Source: Geopsychrobacteraceae bacterium
GTDB taxonomy: Bacteria; Desulfobacterota; Desulfuromonadia; Desulfuromonadales; Geopsychrobacteraceae
Direction: 5' to 3'
NCBI GenBank assembly: GCA_963662315.1
Contig: OY759353.1
Location: 3,424,001 to 3,488,000, forward strand
Length of the DNA stretch: 64,000 nucleotides
This document shows, in pieces, positions 29,996-40,629 of this stretch. Both the position numbers and the translations under genes were made by a program. Below the pieces are notes generated by a model. It made no database searches and was not told the DNA's origin. It saw only the letters and a list, made by a program, of their open reading frames with translations. How positions within the stretch are numbered: the first letter of the stretch is position 1; the number at the start of each line of letters is the position of its first letter.

Positions 29996-30032
29996 CAAAG
30001 AGGTCTCCGGGATTTGCCTGGAGACCTCTTTG
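29996..30032 (-). terminator. Hairpin downstream of pgm
   Basis: CAAAGAGGTCTCC...GGAGACCTCTTTG, 13-bp stem. Confidence 0.7.
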
Positions 30033-30062
30033 AGATGTAACCTTTTATTCTTGAAGTAGTTT

Positions 30063-31703
30063 TTAGCCTAGCGCCTGATTGACAATCTCCCGTGCTTCAG
30101 CCTGAATCTGGGCAAGGTGCTCCTCCCCTTTAAAACTTTCCGCATAAATTTTATAGACATCTTCAGTGCCGGACGGGCGGGCGGCAAACCAGCCATGGGC
30201 AGTGCAGACTTTGAGGCCACCAATGGCGGCACCGTTGGCCGGAGCATGGGTCAGTTTGGCGGTAATGGGGTCACCGGCCAGGGTTTGTGCTGATACCTGT
30301 TCAGGTGACAGGGCGGCCAGTTTGGCTTTTTCTTCACGATTGGCCGGAGCGTCAACCCGGGCGTAGACCGGATTGCCGAAATTGGCAACCAGGTCCTGAT
30401 AATGCTGCCCCGGATCTTTGCCGGTTACCGCCAGAATTTCACAGGCCAGCAGGGAGAGAATAATGCCGTCCTTGTCGGTACTCCAGACGCTGCCATCTTT
30501 ACGCAGGAACGATGCCCCGGCGGACTCTTCACCACCAAAACCATAGGAACCATCGACCAGTCCGTTAACAAACCATTTGAAGCCGACCGGCACTTCCTGG
30601 AGTGTGCGACCCAGTGCCTCGGCAACGCGATCGATCATGGATGAGCTGACCAGGGTTTTGCCCACTGCGGCGTCAGGCTTCCAGTTGCTGCGGTTGGCAA
30701 ACAGATAGTTAATGGCAACGGCCAGATAGTGGTTCGGGTTCATGAGTCCGACCGACCGGGTGACGATGCCGTGGCGGTCATAATCGGGGTCATTGCCAAA
30801 GGCAATATCAAAGTCATCCTTAAGGGCAACGAGGCTCGCCATGGCATAGGGAGAGGAACAGTCCATACGTACCTTGCCGTCGTGGTCGGCGGTCATAAAA
30901 CTGAAAGTATAGTCGACCGCCGCATTGCGGATGGTTATGTCCAAGCCATAGCGTTCGGCAATTGGCTGCCAGTAACGTAAACCGGATCCGCCCATGGCAT
31001 CGGCACAGATTTTCAGACCGGCCTTTTTAATAGCCGCCAGATCGATGACGTTTTCGAGATCGTTCACGTAAGGGGAAATGAAGTCATGGGCGATGGTGGT
31101 CTCGGCCTGCAGGGCGGCATCATAGGATAGGCACTTTACTCCCTGATTATTGCCGGCCAGCAGGGCGTTGGCCCGGTCGGCTATCCAGCCGGTCGCATCG
31201 GTATCTGCCGGGCCACCGTTCGGCGGGTTGTATTTGAATCCGCCGTTATCCGGAGGGTTGTGGGAGGGGGTAATGACAACGCCGTCTGCGAGCCCTTCGG
31301 TGCGCTCCTTGTTGTAGCTGAGGATGGCATGGGAGATGACCGGAGTCGGGGTATAACCGCCATCCTGGTCGATCATGACCGTCACGCCGTTGGCAGCAAA
31401 AACCTGTAGGGCGGTTTTCTCGGCCGGAATGGACAGGGCGTGGGTATCTTTGCCCATGAACAGAGGACCGGTAATGCCCTGATCTGTGCGATAGTCGCAG
31501 ATTGCCTGACTGATCGCCATGATGTGGCTTTGGGTGAAGCTGCTTTTCAGTGACGATCCACGGTGTCCGGAGGTTCCAAAAGCGACCCTCTGATCCGGAT
31601 TGCTGATATCCGGCTGGCGTTCATAATAGAGGCTGATCAGTTCAGCGATGTCGGTCAGGTTTTCAGTTTTTACCGGTTTTCCTGCGTCAGGGTGTATGGC
31701 CAT
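30063..31703 (-). CDS. pgm: Phosphoglucomutase (alpha-D-glucose-1,6-bisphosphate-dependent)
   Basis: [15 protein letters not shown] phosphoserine loop, DPDYDR, GGEESAG and RPSGTE motifs. Confidence 0.96.
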   Translation of the reverse strand: MAIHPDAGKPVKTENLTDIAELISLYYERQPDISNPDQRVAFGTSGHRGSSLKSSFTQSHIMAISQAICDYRTDQGITGPLFMGKDTHALSIPAEKTALQVFAANGVTVMIDQDGGYTPTPVISHAILSYNKERTEGLADGVVITPSHNPPDNGGFKYNPPNGGPADTDATGWIADRANALLAGNNQGVKCLSYDAALQAETTIAHDFISPYVNDLENVIDLAAIKKAGLKICADAMGGSGLRYWQPIAERYGLDITIRNAAVDYTFSFMTADHDGKVRMDCSSPYAMASLVALKDDFDIAFGNDPDYDRHGIVTRSVGLMNPNHYLAVAINYLFANRSNWKPDAAVGKTLVSSSMIDRVAEALGRTLQEVPVGFKWFVNGLVDGSYGFGGEESAGASFLRKDGSVWSTDKDGIILSLLACEILAVTGKDPGQHYQDLVANFGNPVYARVDAPANREEKAKLAALSPEQVSAQTLAGDPITAKLTHAPANGAAIGGLKVCTAHGWFAARPSGTEDVYKIYAESFKGEEHLAQIQAEAREIVNQALG

Positions 31704-31960
31704 CCTTTGCTCCTGTGATGGGTTTATGAGTAATTGTGTATAATACCTGCATGAAATCATTTAAGTGCTATTATACACGACAGGTCGTATTTTTACCTGA
31801 TCTTGTCTTGACAGGGAATACCTTTGGGCGGAAAGATTAGTTTTCAGAATTGTCATGTAGCTGCCATTCCTGGGGATCGCGGTTTTGCCCAGTGTGGTAT
31901 CGGGGGAATAACTTAAAAACAATGTTGCCTGTGTATGAACAGGCCAGGAAAGGAAGGGAA

Positions 31961-32410
31961 ATGAAAAAAACAGGACTATTGATAGTGATTGGTATGTTTA
32001 TTTTGGGTGGCCTGGTATCTCAGGCTTGCGCCGCAGACCAGTGGCATCAGTTGTCAGCGCAGGATGCAATGAAAAGTTCGCTTGGACAAGAGAAACTGAA
32101 GCCGGAAATCCGCCTTTACATGAAAGGACAAAGTCACCCCAAAGTATTAAAGACGCTTGGCGAATATAAAGCCAATCAGCGTACCAATGGGGTCGGAAAA
32201 TCTGCAGAAGCAGCATGTGAGAGGGTTTTTGTTTCCGCTTTGATGGCACTGCAGGATCGTGCCGTGAAAGAGGGGGGCAATGCGGTGATTGATATCTATA
32301 CGATTACCAAAGACAAAAAGTTTGAAAGCGCTACGGAGTATTCCTGTATCAAAGGTGGTTTTGTCACCAATGTTGCTTTGATGGGTACCGTTGCGAAGCT
32401 TGGCAAATAG
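31961..32410 (+). CDS. Exported hypothetical protein (RcsF/heavy-metal-binding-like fold)
   Basis: Purine-rich RBS, signal peptide, two mature Cys (AC...SC) and GGNAV motif. Confidence 0.7.
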   Translation: MKKTGLLIVIGMFILGGLVSQACAADQWHQLSAQDAMKSSLGQEKLKPEIRLYMKGQSHPKVLKTLGEYKANQRTNGVGKSAEAACERVFVSALMALQDRAVKEGGNAVIDIYTITKDKKFESATEYSCIKGGFVTNVALMGTVAKLGK

Positions 32411-32461
32411 AAAATATTGAAACGCTTCCGCGCGTGGCGAAGAAATCTAAAAAATACTAAT

Positions 32462-32508
32462 AAAAACAAAAAGGTTATGGCATGTGACGCTATAGCCTTT
32501 TTGTTTTT
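32462..32508 (+). terminator. Intrinsic terminator
   Basis: AAAAACAAAAAGGTTATGG...CTATAGCCTTTTTGTTTTT. Confidence 0.65.
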
Positions 32509-33045
32509 ACCGGTGGGTGAGGGGGAAATGTCTTTGAGACACTTGTTTTGTCCTCGATAGAAAGGATTTTCCCATAGTTAGGCAGCCGTTTTTTCTGTTA
32601 AAAAAAATTAAACAATGCTACTGTACATTAATATTTCTTAGGAAATTAAATAGTCCAAATTGGCAATATTGGACTGTTAAGTGCTTTTTCTGTGCCTGAT
32701 GACGTAAGACTGGCGCTTTTGGAATGCGGCTGCTTATGCTGACCTTTTCAGGAAACGAACCACTTGCTTGCGTAATTCTCGTATTGTGTCTGCTGCGTGG
32801 GTAGTTGGCATCCTCCTGATTTATACCCGCTCGTGACACTCTATAAAAAATAACCACTGTACCACCAAGTTAATATAAGAATTTATCAATATTTTTCTGG
32901 TTTTGAAGAATCTCCGTCTCGCGTTTCATTTGGACGCTTCGCAAGGCCAACCTTTGATTTGTTGCGAAGTACGTTTTCTTACTGAGGTCTTCCGTTGTCC
33001 GTTGTGCTTGAAGGGATTGGCGGGCTAAAGATCAAGAAGGGGTGT

Positions 33046-33314
33046 GTGGTGAAGCTATTCCAAAGGATAAACTACGATATTGATACCCTGCCGACCATGC
33101 CAACTATCGCAGCCCAGGTCATTGAACTGATCAAGTCACCCTGCTCTTCAGTTGAGAAATTGGCCTTTGCTGTCGCCAAGGATCCTGGCTGCAACTTGCC
33201 GGAGCAAAGCACCTGGGGCTCTCTCAGTCCGATCTGGATCCGCTTGGCGGTGAATTTCAAAAAATCTTTACCGCGAACCGGAGCGCATTTCTTGCCAGAT
33301 GGCGGGAAAGCTGA
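33046..33314 (+). pseudogene. HDOD-domain gene remnant with a large internal deletion
   Basis: HDOD N-terminus (IDTLPTMPTIAAQVIELI...LAFAVAKDP) breaks off. Another frame then gives a plausible C-terminal tail (GAKHLGLSQSDLDPLGGEFQKIF...) ending TGA at 33314. Confidence 0.7.
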
Positions 33315-33334
33315 AAAGGAGCTTTTTCTGCACT

Positions 33335-34630
33335 ATGAGTGATATGCCAAGCATTGAGCAAAGTCTGTTAATGCGGGTTTTGGAACAAAATCCTGCATCA
33401 ATCGTCATTACGGATCCTGATGCCACGATTACGTATGTCAACCCACGCTTTTGCGAGCTGACCGGTTATCTTTTTAACGAAGTCGTAGGGCAAAACCCGC
33501 GCATTCTTAAAGCCGACGATAGCCAGACCGATTATGTGCAGATGTGGAAAACGCTTGTCGCCGGCCATCAGTGGCGGGGTGAATTTTATAATAAAAAAAA
33601 GAATGGAGAGAATTACTGGGAACTGGCTTTGATCACCGTGATTCTGGATGCGCAAGGGCGGATCATTAACTACCTGGCGATTAAAGAGGATATCACCGAG
33701 CGCAAGCAGATCGAAGGGGAACTGGAGAGGACGGTCGCTCAGGCGATTCAGCTGTCAGCCGAACTAGAGTTTCAAAATGCCGAGATCGAAACGCAGCGCC
33801 AGGAGTTGGATAAGGCCTATACAGATCTCAAGGTGGCACAGTCGCAGATGTTGCAGCGTGAAAAAATGGCGTCGATCGGGCTGTTGGCGGCTGGTGTTGC
33901 CCATGAGATCAATAATCCGATCGGGTTTGTCTCGAGTAACCTGCGCAGCCTGGGCAAGTATTTGCACAAACTCACCGAGTATGTCGCCTTTATCGAAAGC
34001 GGGATTAAGGGCAGCCCTTTTGAGGAAGAATGTTTGCAGAAAAGACGGGCCATCAAGCTTGACTATCTGTTCGAAGATTGCACCGACCTGATTGCGGAAT
34101 CTGTCGATGGGACTGAGCGCGTCAGTAAAATTGTACAGAGCCTGAAAACCTTTTCCCGAGTCGACCAGGCCGAAGTGAAACTGACCGATTTGAACGAGTG
34201 CCTGCAGAGCGCTATTGCCATTGTCTGGAACGAGATCAAGTATAAAGCCGAGCTTGAGAAAAACTTATCGCCCCTGCCGGAGATTCTCTGCAATCCTCAG
34301 GAAATCACCCAGGTCTTTACCAATATTCTGGTCAATGCGGCACAGGCCATAGAAAAGGACGGTAAAATTCAAATCACCAGCTCCGCTGACACAAATACTG
34401 TCACCGTTAGGTTTGAAGACAATGGCTGTGGCATTCCGGAGCAGAATCTGGAACGCATCTTTGAACCATTTTTCACCACCAAGAAGGTGGGGCAGGGAAC
34501 GGGTTTAGGGATGAGTATCAGCTATGAGGTCATCAAGAAGCATGGTGGAGATATCAGGGTTGCCAGTCGGGTTGGCGAGGGAACTGTCTTTACAATGACC
34601 TTGCCTCTGCGCAGGATAGAGAAGGGATGA
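33335..34630 (+). CDS. Cytoplasmic PAS/PAC histidine kinase (NtrB-like)
   Basis: PAS (YVNPRF...GQNPRIL...KEDITERK), AHEINNP H-box, NAAQA, DNGCG and GTGLG motifs. Confidence 0.92.
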   Translation: MSDMPSIEQSLLMRVLEQNPASIVITDPDATITYVNPRFCELTGYLFNEVVGQNPRILKADDSQTDYVQMWKTLVAGHQWRGEFYNKKKNGENYWELALITVILDAQGRIINYLAIKEDITERKQIEGELERTVAQAIQLSAELEFQNAEIETQRQELDKAYTDLKVAQSQMLQREKMASIGLLAAGVAHEINNPIGFVSSNLRSLGKYLHKLTEYVAFIESGIKGSPFEEECLQKRRAIKLDYLFEDCTDLIAESVDGTERVSKIVQSLKTFSRVDQAEVKLTDLNECLQSAIAIVWNEIKYKAELEKNLSPLPEILCNPQEITQVFTNILVNAAQAIEKDGKIQITSSADTNTVTVRFEDNGCGIPEQNLERIFEPFFTTKKVGQGTGLGMSISYEVIKKHGGDIRVASRVGEGTVFTMTLPLRRIEKG

Positions 34631-34768
34631 CAACAAGAACAAAAAACTCCTGAATATCAGTGGGCACTGTTGCTTTTTGCCGGGTTGATCCGGCTTATGG
34701 AGCGTAGTCGAAAACATTTCATGAGTTCAATATATGGTACATTTTCACTATGTGCGGCGGTGATTAGC

Positions 34769-35434
34769 GTGATCGAGTTTGATGAACAAGACAAGCGGAT
34801 GGTGCTCAAGCTGGTTTACTATGGACCGGCACTTTCCGGAAAAACAACAAATTTGCTGCAACTTCACGAAAAATTGAAGAAAGATGGGCGTGGTGATCTG
34901 ATGGTTCTCGATACACAGGATGATCGCACGATCTTTTTTGATCTACTGCCTTTTTTTCTGGTAGCCCCCTCTGGGTTGAAGATCAAAATAAAGGTCTACA
35001 CCGTTCCAGGGCAGGTTCGCCACGATGCGACACGAAAAGCCGTTTTGCAGCGGGTCGATGGAATCGCCTTTATTGCCGATTCACAAAAAACTGAAATGCA
35101 GAACAACTTTAACAGTTTTGAGAATCTTGAGAAAAACCTGGCCCTTGTTGGTCTCGATATTGAGAAGCTGCCACTGATCATTCAGTTCAATAAGCGTGAT
35201 CTGGACGCTATTATCAGCAAAGAAGAGATTATAAAAACGTGGCGGCATACGGGAATCCCGGTTGGCCTGGCAGCGGCGCTGAAAGGCAAAGGCGTGGTTG
35301 AAACATTCCAGAAACTGCTGGAAGTAACGTATGTGCATATTGACAAGCAGTATGGACTTGCATCGCAGCATAAACTTTCCAAGGACGATTTCATCAGGCA
35401 GATTTTAATGCTGCATGAGACTCCTGCAGGGTGA
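34769..35434 (+). CDS. MglA-like small Ras-superfamily GTPase
   Basis: KLVYYGPALSGKTTN (G1), DRTIFFD (G2 with intrinsic Arg), TVPGQ (G3) and QFNKRD (G4). Confidence 0.9.
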   Translation: MIEFDEQDKRMVLKLVYYGPALSGKTTNLLQLHEKLKKDGRGDLMVLDTQDDRTIFFDLLPFFLVAPSGLKIKIKVYTVPGQVRHDATRKAVLQRVDGIAFIADSQKTEMQNNFNSFENLEKNLALVGLDIEKLPLIIQFNKRDLDAIISKEEIIKTWRHTGIPVGLAAALKGKGVVETFQKLLEVTYVHIDKQYGLASQHKLSKDDFIRQILMLHETPAG

Positions 35435-35462
35435 GGCTGAAGAGGGGAAAGGACTGCAAAGT

Positions 35463-36761
35463 ATGACATCCGACCAGAAGCTGGAATTTGTCGTCGGTGC
35501 AGAAAAGCACCTGCGTGATGTCCTGTCCAGGACCGATGTGTTGCCGTTGCTTCAGGCAGCAGTGCAGATGGGAGTTATGCAGGCCGGTATTTATGATGAT
35601 TGTGGCAGGAGTCTCTGGTTGGAGCCGGAGACAATGCCATGTTCGGCAGCGCAGCAGGAAACGGTAAAAGCGACTTTACTGCTCGAAGGTGAACCGGTTG
35701 GAGAGTTGCGACTTGTTGCACAGCAAAGGGGTTCCGCTGCAGCGCTGCAAAACATGGCTGACTTGCTGAGGCATGCGCTGAACAGTTTGATCAGTGGCAA
35801 CCTGAAAAGAATTCTGACCACAGAAATGCACACGCAGGTTGTGAATATGTCCTACGAAGAATTACTGGATGCCAACCAGCGTCTGCAGGCTTCGGAGAAA
35901 AAATATCGTGATCTTGCTGCCAATCTTGATCGGCGGGTTCAGGAACGTACGGAGGAATTGAAGAGAGCCTATGCTCAGCTGATTCAGCAGGAAAAAATGG
36001 CGTCCATAGGGCAGCTTGCAGCCGGGATTGCTCATGAAATCAACAACCCCCTCGGCTTTGTATTGAGTAACTTGAAAACTTTGCAACGCTACTGTGATCG
36101 CTTCACAGAGATGCATGCGTTGTATCATGAATGGATCGTCGCAGGTGTTGACGCCAGCCGGGCCAGAGAACAGGAGCAGCACGAGCGGGAACGGTTAAAA
36201 ATTGCAGTGGTTGAAGATGATCTGGCCGATGTTTTTGAAGAAAGCTTTACCGGGGTGCTCAGAGTCAAGAAGATCGTTGCAGATCTGAAGGGATTTACCC
36301 ATATCGATGCGCTGGGAGAGGAACAGATCGATCTTCATCAGGAGATTGAGCGCGTTTTAAGTGTGCTTGCCCACGAGATTCCAGCGGGAACCCGGATTAC
36401 AAAGAATTTTTCAGAACTTCCCCCTTTGACCTGTTTAGGCAGTCAGGTGGGACAGCTGTTCCTGAACTTGCTGCGCAATGCCTTTCAATCACGGTCGGAG
36501 GGGCTTGAGGTTGAGATATCAACCATCTGGGAAGGGCATCAGTTTACGATTGTCATTGCCGATAATGGACCCGGCATCCCGGATGATATTCGCGAGAAGA
36601 TTTTTGAACCTTTTTTTACCACCAGAGATGTCGGACAAGGCGTTGGACTGGGGTTGTCAGTTGCTTATGACGTTGTCAAAGAATTGCACGGAAAGATTCA
36701 CTGCTCAGAGCGCCCGGGCGGCGGAGCCGTTTTTGAGATAAACTTGCCCGAAGGGAAGTAA
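35463..36761 (+). CDS. Cytoplasmic histidine kinase (NtrB-like) with an uncharacterised N-terminal domain
   Basis: AHEINNP, NAFQ, DNGPGI, FFTT and GLGL motifs; no TM segment. Confidence 0.9.
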   Translation: MTSDQKLEFVVGAEKHLRDVLSRTDVLPLLQAAVQMGVMQAGIYDDCGRSLWLEPETMPCSAAQQETVKATLLLEGEPVGELRLVAQQRGSAAALQNMADLLRHALNSLISGNLKRILTTEMHTQVVNMSYEELLDANQRLQASEKKYRDLAANLDRRVQERTEELKRAYAQLIQQEKMASIGQLAAGIAHEINNPLGFVLSNLKTLQRYCDRFTEMHALYHEWIVAGVDASRAREQEQHERERLKIAVVEDDLADVFEESFTGVLRVKKIVADLKGFTHIDALGEEQIDLHQEIERVLSVLAHEIPAGTRITKNFSELPPLTCLGSQVGQLFLNLLRNAFQSRSEGLEVEISTIWEGHQFTIVIADNGPGIPDDIREKIFEPFFTTRDVGQGVGLGLSVAYDVVKELHGKIHCSERPGGGAVFEINLPEGK

Positions 36762-39179
36762 ATGTCCAAATTCGCCCAACTCTTCAAATCTGGAGATACT
36801 CACCGGAGGGTGCTCAGCGCCGACCCGGAGCCGTCCGACTCGCCTGGTCCGGAAGAGGACCAGTTTACCCTGCTGTTTGTGGATGATGAACCCAGTGTTC
36901 TCAGCTCCTTGAAACGAATTTTTCTCGATGAAAATTACCGTATTCTGACCGCTGGCGGTCCTTTACTCGCCATAGATATTCTGGCCCGTGAAAAAGTTCA
37001 TCTGATCATATCGGATTACCGAATGCCGGAGATGACAGGTGCCGAGTTCTTGAAGAAGGTCAAAGAGGAATATCCGGACTCTCTGCGCATTATGCTGACC
37101 GGGGATGCCGATATCCAGTCTGTGATGGGCGCGATAAATGAAGGAGCGGTCTATAAATTTATTACCAAGCCCTGGAATGATGAGGATCTCCGCCTGACGG
37201 TCAGTCTCGCCCTGCAACAGTACGTTCTGGTGCAGGAAAATAAAAAGTTAAAACAGCTTACCGATAAGCAGAAGCTGGAGATTAATAATTTTTCCTCGCT
37301 GCTCGGCGAAAATCATGCGTTTCTTTCCAATCTCCTCGAAAAGGCGGGGGTTCTGGATCAGCACAGTTTTCAGCGGGCGATTAAGGACGGGTTGCCAAAT
37401 GAATATATTATCCAGACTCTGGAACGTTTGGGGCTGGCCAGGGAAAAGGATGTTGCCAAAGCGCTGCAGGATAAATTGAAGCTGGAAGCGCTTGATCTCC
37501 GTGAACAGCATCTGTCTTCGGAAGTGGTCGGCATTCTTCCCGCTGAGCTGTGCCGAAAAAAATGTATGGTCCCGGTGCGCTTTGAGACGAACACCCTGAC
37601 CCTGGCGATGGGGGATCCTTCCGATATCTACAATATCGACAATATCTCCCGGCTGACCGGCTTCCGCATTAAGACGGTTGTCAGTCTCTGCTCGCAAATT
37701 TTCAGTGTGCTCGATAGCCTTCAGGGGACCGAAGGGGTTGCGGGAGATTTTAATCTCAATGGACTTCTCGATATTCAGCCGCTGGATGAAGTCGACATTC
37801 TGCTGGATGAGGAGAAACAATACAGCGTCAAGGATCTTCTCGATTCTTCTGAGGTCCCTCCTATCATTCGTATCGTCAATGCGATTGTTTCAGAAGCGAT
37901 ACGCTATCAGGCCAGCGATATTCATATCGAGCCGAAAACCAAGTTCAGTGTTATTCGTTTTCGCATTGATGGCATTCTGGTCGATAAAATCAGAATCCCG
38001 GCGGAACTGCATCTTGCGACTGTATCGCGGATCAAGATTCTCGCCAAGCTCGATATCGCCGAGCGTCGCAAGCCTCAGGATGGCAGGATGACGGTCAAAT
38101 CAGGGACCCGGATGGTTGACCTGCGCGTTTCCACCATGCCGTCGATCAACGGTGAAAAAATTGTGATGCGGTTGCTCGACAAGAGTGCGGCGATAAAAAA
38201 ACTCGACCAGCTGGGGTTTATGCCCGATAGCATGGAGCAGCTCACGGCCTTAATAAAAAAACCGCAAGGAATCATTATTTCGACCGGGCCAACAGGGAGT
38301 GGCAAAACGACGACCCTGTATTCCATGCTGGCACAAATGCTGGAACGCTCGCGCAATTTTGAAACCATCGAGGATCCGGTTGAGTATTATGTTGAAGAAG
38401 CCAACCAGATCTATATCAGGGAGAAAGATGGCTTGTCCTTCCCTTCTGTGCTCAGGGCAACCCTGCGCCAGGATCCTGACGTGATTCTGGTCGGCGAGAT
38501 TCGCGATACGGAGACCGCCGATATTGCGTTTAAGGCCGCACTGACCGGACACATGGTGTTGACCAGTCTGCATACAAACAGCTCAGTAGCATCGATTACA
38601 CGCTTGATTGACCTGGGAGTAAAGCCGTACTTGATCAGTTCGGTTTTGGAAGGGATTATCGCCCAGCGCTTGGCACGTAAGCTGTGCCCGCACTGCCGTT
38701 ACCAGGCTGAAATCGATCCACAGGTCAAGAAATTGCTCAGGGTTCCGGATGATATGTTTCCTGCCGGCGTCTGGAAAGCCAAGGGGTGCAGCAGATGTGA
38801 TGCAACGGGGTATTCGGGACGGGTCGGCATTTATGAGTTGTTTACGATGAACGATGATTTCAGGCATCTGATCAGTGATGGGTACAAGGAATCGAATCTG
38901 CTCAAACTTGCGCTTTCCAGAGGTCTGGTGACCCTGATTCAGGATGGTCTCAGCAAGGTTGCGCAGGGAAAGACCTCTCTTGAGGAGTTGCTGCGTGTGC
39001 TGGGGCCTCAATTGATCCATGAACGAACCTGTCATGGTTGTCAAAGGCAGATTGGCTCCAAATATCAGTATTGCCCTTATTGCGGAGTTCCGAAACAGGA
39101 TGTTTGCCCCTCTTGCCATGAGCCGGTTGAAGGGGATTGGCTGGTGTGTGCCGTCTGTGGCGCGGGACTTGTTAAATAG
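36762..39179 (+). CDS. Receiver domain-fused PilB/GspE-family ATPase with C-terminal double zinc ribbon
   Basis: REC (VDDE, SDYRMP, KPW), GspE N-domain, ASDIHIEP, Walker A GPTGSGKTT, LRQDPDVILVGEIRD, His-box, CPHC/CSRC and four further CxxC at the C-terminus. Confidence 0.92.
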   Translation: MSKFAQLFKSGDTHRRVLSADPEPSDSPGPEEDQFTLLFVDDEPSVLSSLKRIFLDENYRILTAGGPLLAIDILAREKVHLIISDYRMPEMTGAEFLKKVKEEYPDSLRIMLTGDADIQSVMGAINEGAVYKFITKPWNDEDLRLTVSLALQQYVLVQENKKLKQLTDKQKLEINNFSSLLGENHAFLSNLLEKAGVLDQHSFQRAIKDGLPNEYIIQTLERLGLAREKDVAKALQDKLKLEALDLREQHLSSEVVGILPAELCRKKCMVPVRFETNTLTLAMGDPSDIYNIDNISRLTGFRIKTVVSLCSQIFSVLDSLQGTEGVAGDFNLNGLLDIQPLDEVDILLDEEKQYSVKDLLDSSEVPPIIRIVNAIVSEAIRYQASDIHIEPKTKFSVIRFRIDGILVDKIRIPAELHLATVSRIKILAKLDIAERRKPQDGRMTVKSGTRMVDLRVSTMPSINGEKIVMRLLDKSAAIKKLDQLGFMPDSMEQLTALIKKPQGIIISTGPTGSGKTTTLYSMLAQMLERSRNFETIEDPVEYYVEEANQIYIREKDGLSFPSVLRATLRQDPDVILVGEIRDTETADIAFKAALTGHMVLTSLHTNSSVASITRLIDLGVKPYLISSVLEGIIAQRLARKLCPHCRYQAEIDPQVKKLLRVPDDMFPAGVWKAKGCSRCDATGYSGRVGIYELFTMNDDFRHLISDGYKESNLLKLALSRGLVTLIQDGLSKVAQGKTSLEELLRVLGPQLIHERTCHGCQRQIGSKYQYCPYCGVPKQDVCPSCHEPVEGDWLVCAVCGAGLVK

Positions 39180-39196
39180 GGGTCATTGGGGGGATT

Positions 39197-40168
39197 ATGC
39201 CTGCTATTCTGTTTGTCGATGATGATACTGCGGTTCTCAACTCGATTGAGCGGCTTTTTCTGGCTCATGACCAGGAAATTCTGCGCGCCAGTAGCGGTGA
39301 TGAAGCCTTGGCCCTTTTTGACCAGCATGAGATTGCGGTGATGGTGACGGATCAGCGCATGGCTGGGATGAAAGGTACGGAACTTATCAACCGGGTAAAA
39401 ATGATTTCGCCGGATACCGTGCGCATTGTTCTTTCCGGATATACGGAGTTGACTGATCTGCTGGAAGCGATCAATCGCGGGGAGATATTCCGCTTTCTGG
39501 TCAAGCCGTGGGATGATGATGACCTGCTGGAAAACGTTGAACTGGCGCGGCAACGTTATGGCCGTAATCGTGAAATGCAAAGGACCGAGGAAGCAACTCT
39601 GCTCTCTCTGGCGCAGACAATCGAATTGAAAGATGCTTATACACGCGGACACTGCGACCGGGTTGCTCGTTTTGCTGAAGGGATCGCTCGAAAGTTGGGT
39701 TTGTCGGATCTGAAAATCAAGGAAATCCGCCACGGCTCCTGGCTGCATGATTGTGGCAAGATAGGCATCCCTGACGATGTGATCAACAAGCCGATGGGGC
39801 TTGATCACTATGAAATGGTACAAATGAAGGAGCACCCGTTACATGGTGCGGAGGTGGCCCGTAAAGCGCAGCTCTCCGAAACGATCGTACAGATCATTCT
39901 TTGCCATCACGAGAAGTTTGACGGAACAGGGTATCCCAGTGGGCTTAAAGGAGCAGCGATTCCCCTGGAAGCCCGCATCGTTGCGGTTGCTGATGTCTAT
40001 GATGCGATCTCTTCGGACCGACCGTACCGGAAAGCGTGTGATGATATCGGAGTCGAAACCATTATGGCAGATTGCCGTGGAACTGCTCTTGATGCTGAGC
40101 TTGTTGATATTTTTATGCAAGAGGTGCTGCCAGAACTTATGGGGAAAGGACTGAATGTGGACCTGTAA
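39197..40168 (+). CDS. REC-HD-GYP cyclic dinucleotide phosphodiesterase
   Basis: REC (VDDD, TDQRM, KPW), then GHCDRV, LHDCGKIG, HHEKFDGTGYP and ADVYDA. Confidence 0.93.
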   Translation: MPAILFVDDDTAVLNSIERLFLAHDQEILRASSGDEALALFDQHEIAVMVTDQRMAGMKGTELINRVKMISPDTVRIVLSGYTELTDLLEAINRGEIFRFLVKPWDDDDLLENVELARQRYGRNREMQRTEEATLLSLAQTIELKDAYTRGHCDRVARFAEGIARKLGLSDLKIKEIRHGSWLHDCGKIGIPDDVINKPMGLDHYEMVQMKEHPLHGAEVARKAQLSETIVQIILCHHEKFDGTGYPSGLKGAAIPLEARIVAVADVYDAISSDRPYRKACDDIGVETIMADCRGTALDAELVDIFMQEVLPELMGKGLNVDL

Positions 40169-40629
40169 GTCATTGTTCCATGGTTCGGCAGGATAAACAG
40201 TTCCTTTCCTTAATGCATATACGAATTCAGAGCCTTTAACTCCTCCCCTTTTTCCCCTTCATAGTCTGGAAATTATGCCCCTTCCTTCAGAATATTTCCC
40301 TGATATGACCAAGTCACGCTCGCAGCTTTGAAAAGCTCCACACTATTGGTATAAGGACCCCTCTCTAAGGCACTTTCAAGAGACAATATTCGGTCATAGT
40401 GAAAACGCCTTAAAGCCGTTGCCTTTTCTTATGTTCTTATTGTGTCTGAAAAGTTTATTGTGCAAATGATCAACTTGAAAAAATAGGTAAATTATCTACC
40501 CATTTTCTTTGTATGCTCTCATGATAAATATGAAAAATCCTATTTGTAAAAGGTATTTACTTAGATTTTATCTATGATATTATCTACCCATATATCTATT
40601 CATTTGCTGCGCATCTAAACGAGGTCATT

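Noticed and set aside
32510..33045. c-di-GMP/cGAMP (GEMM-I) riboswitch upstream of the signalling cluster
   Set aside because: No GGCAAA(C/A)C...GAAA...ACGCAAAG pattern was seen, only weak hairpins.
39077..39835. 252-aa antisense ORF
   Set aside because: It is a shadow of the ATPase and HD-GYP genes.
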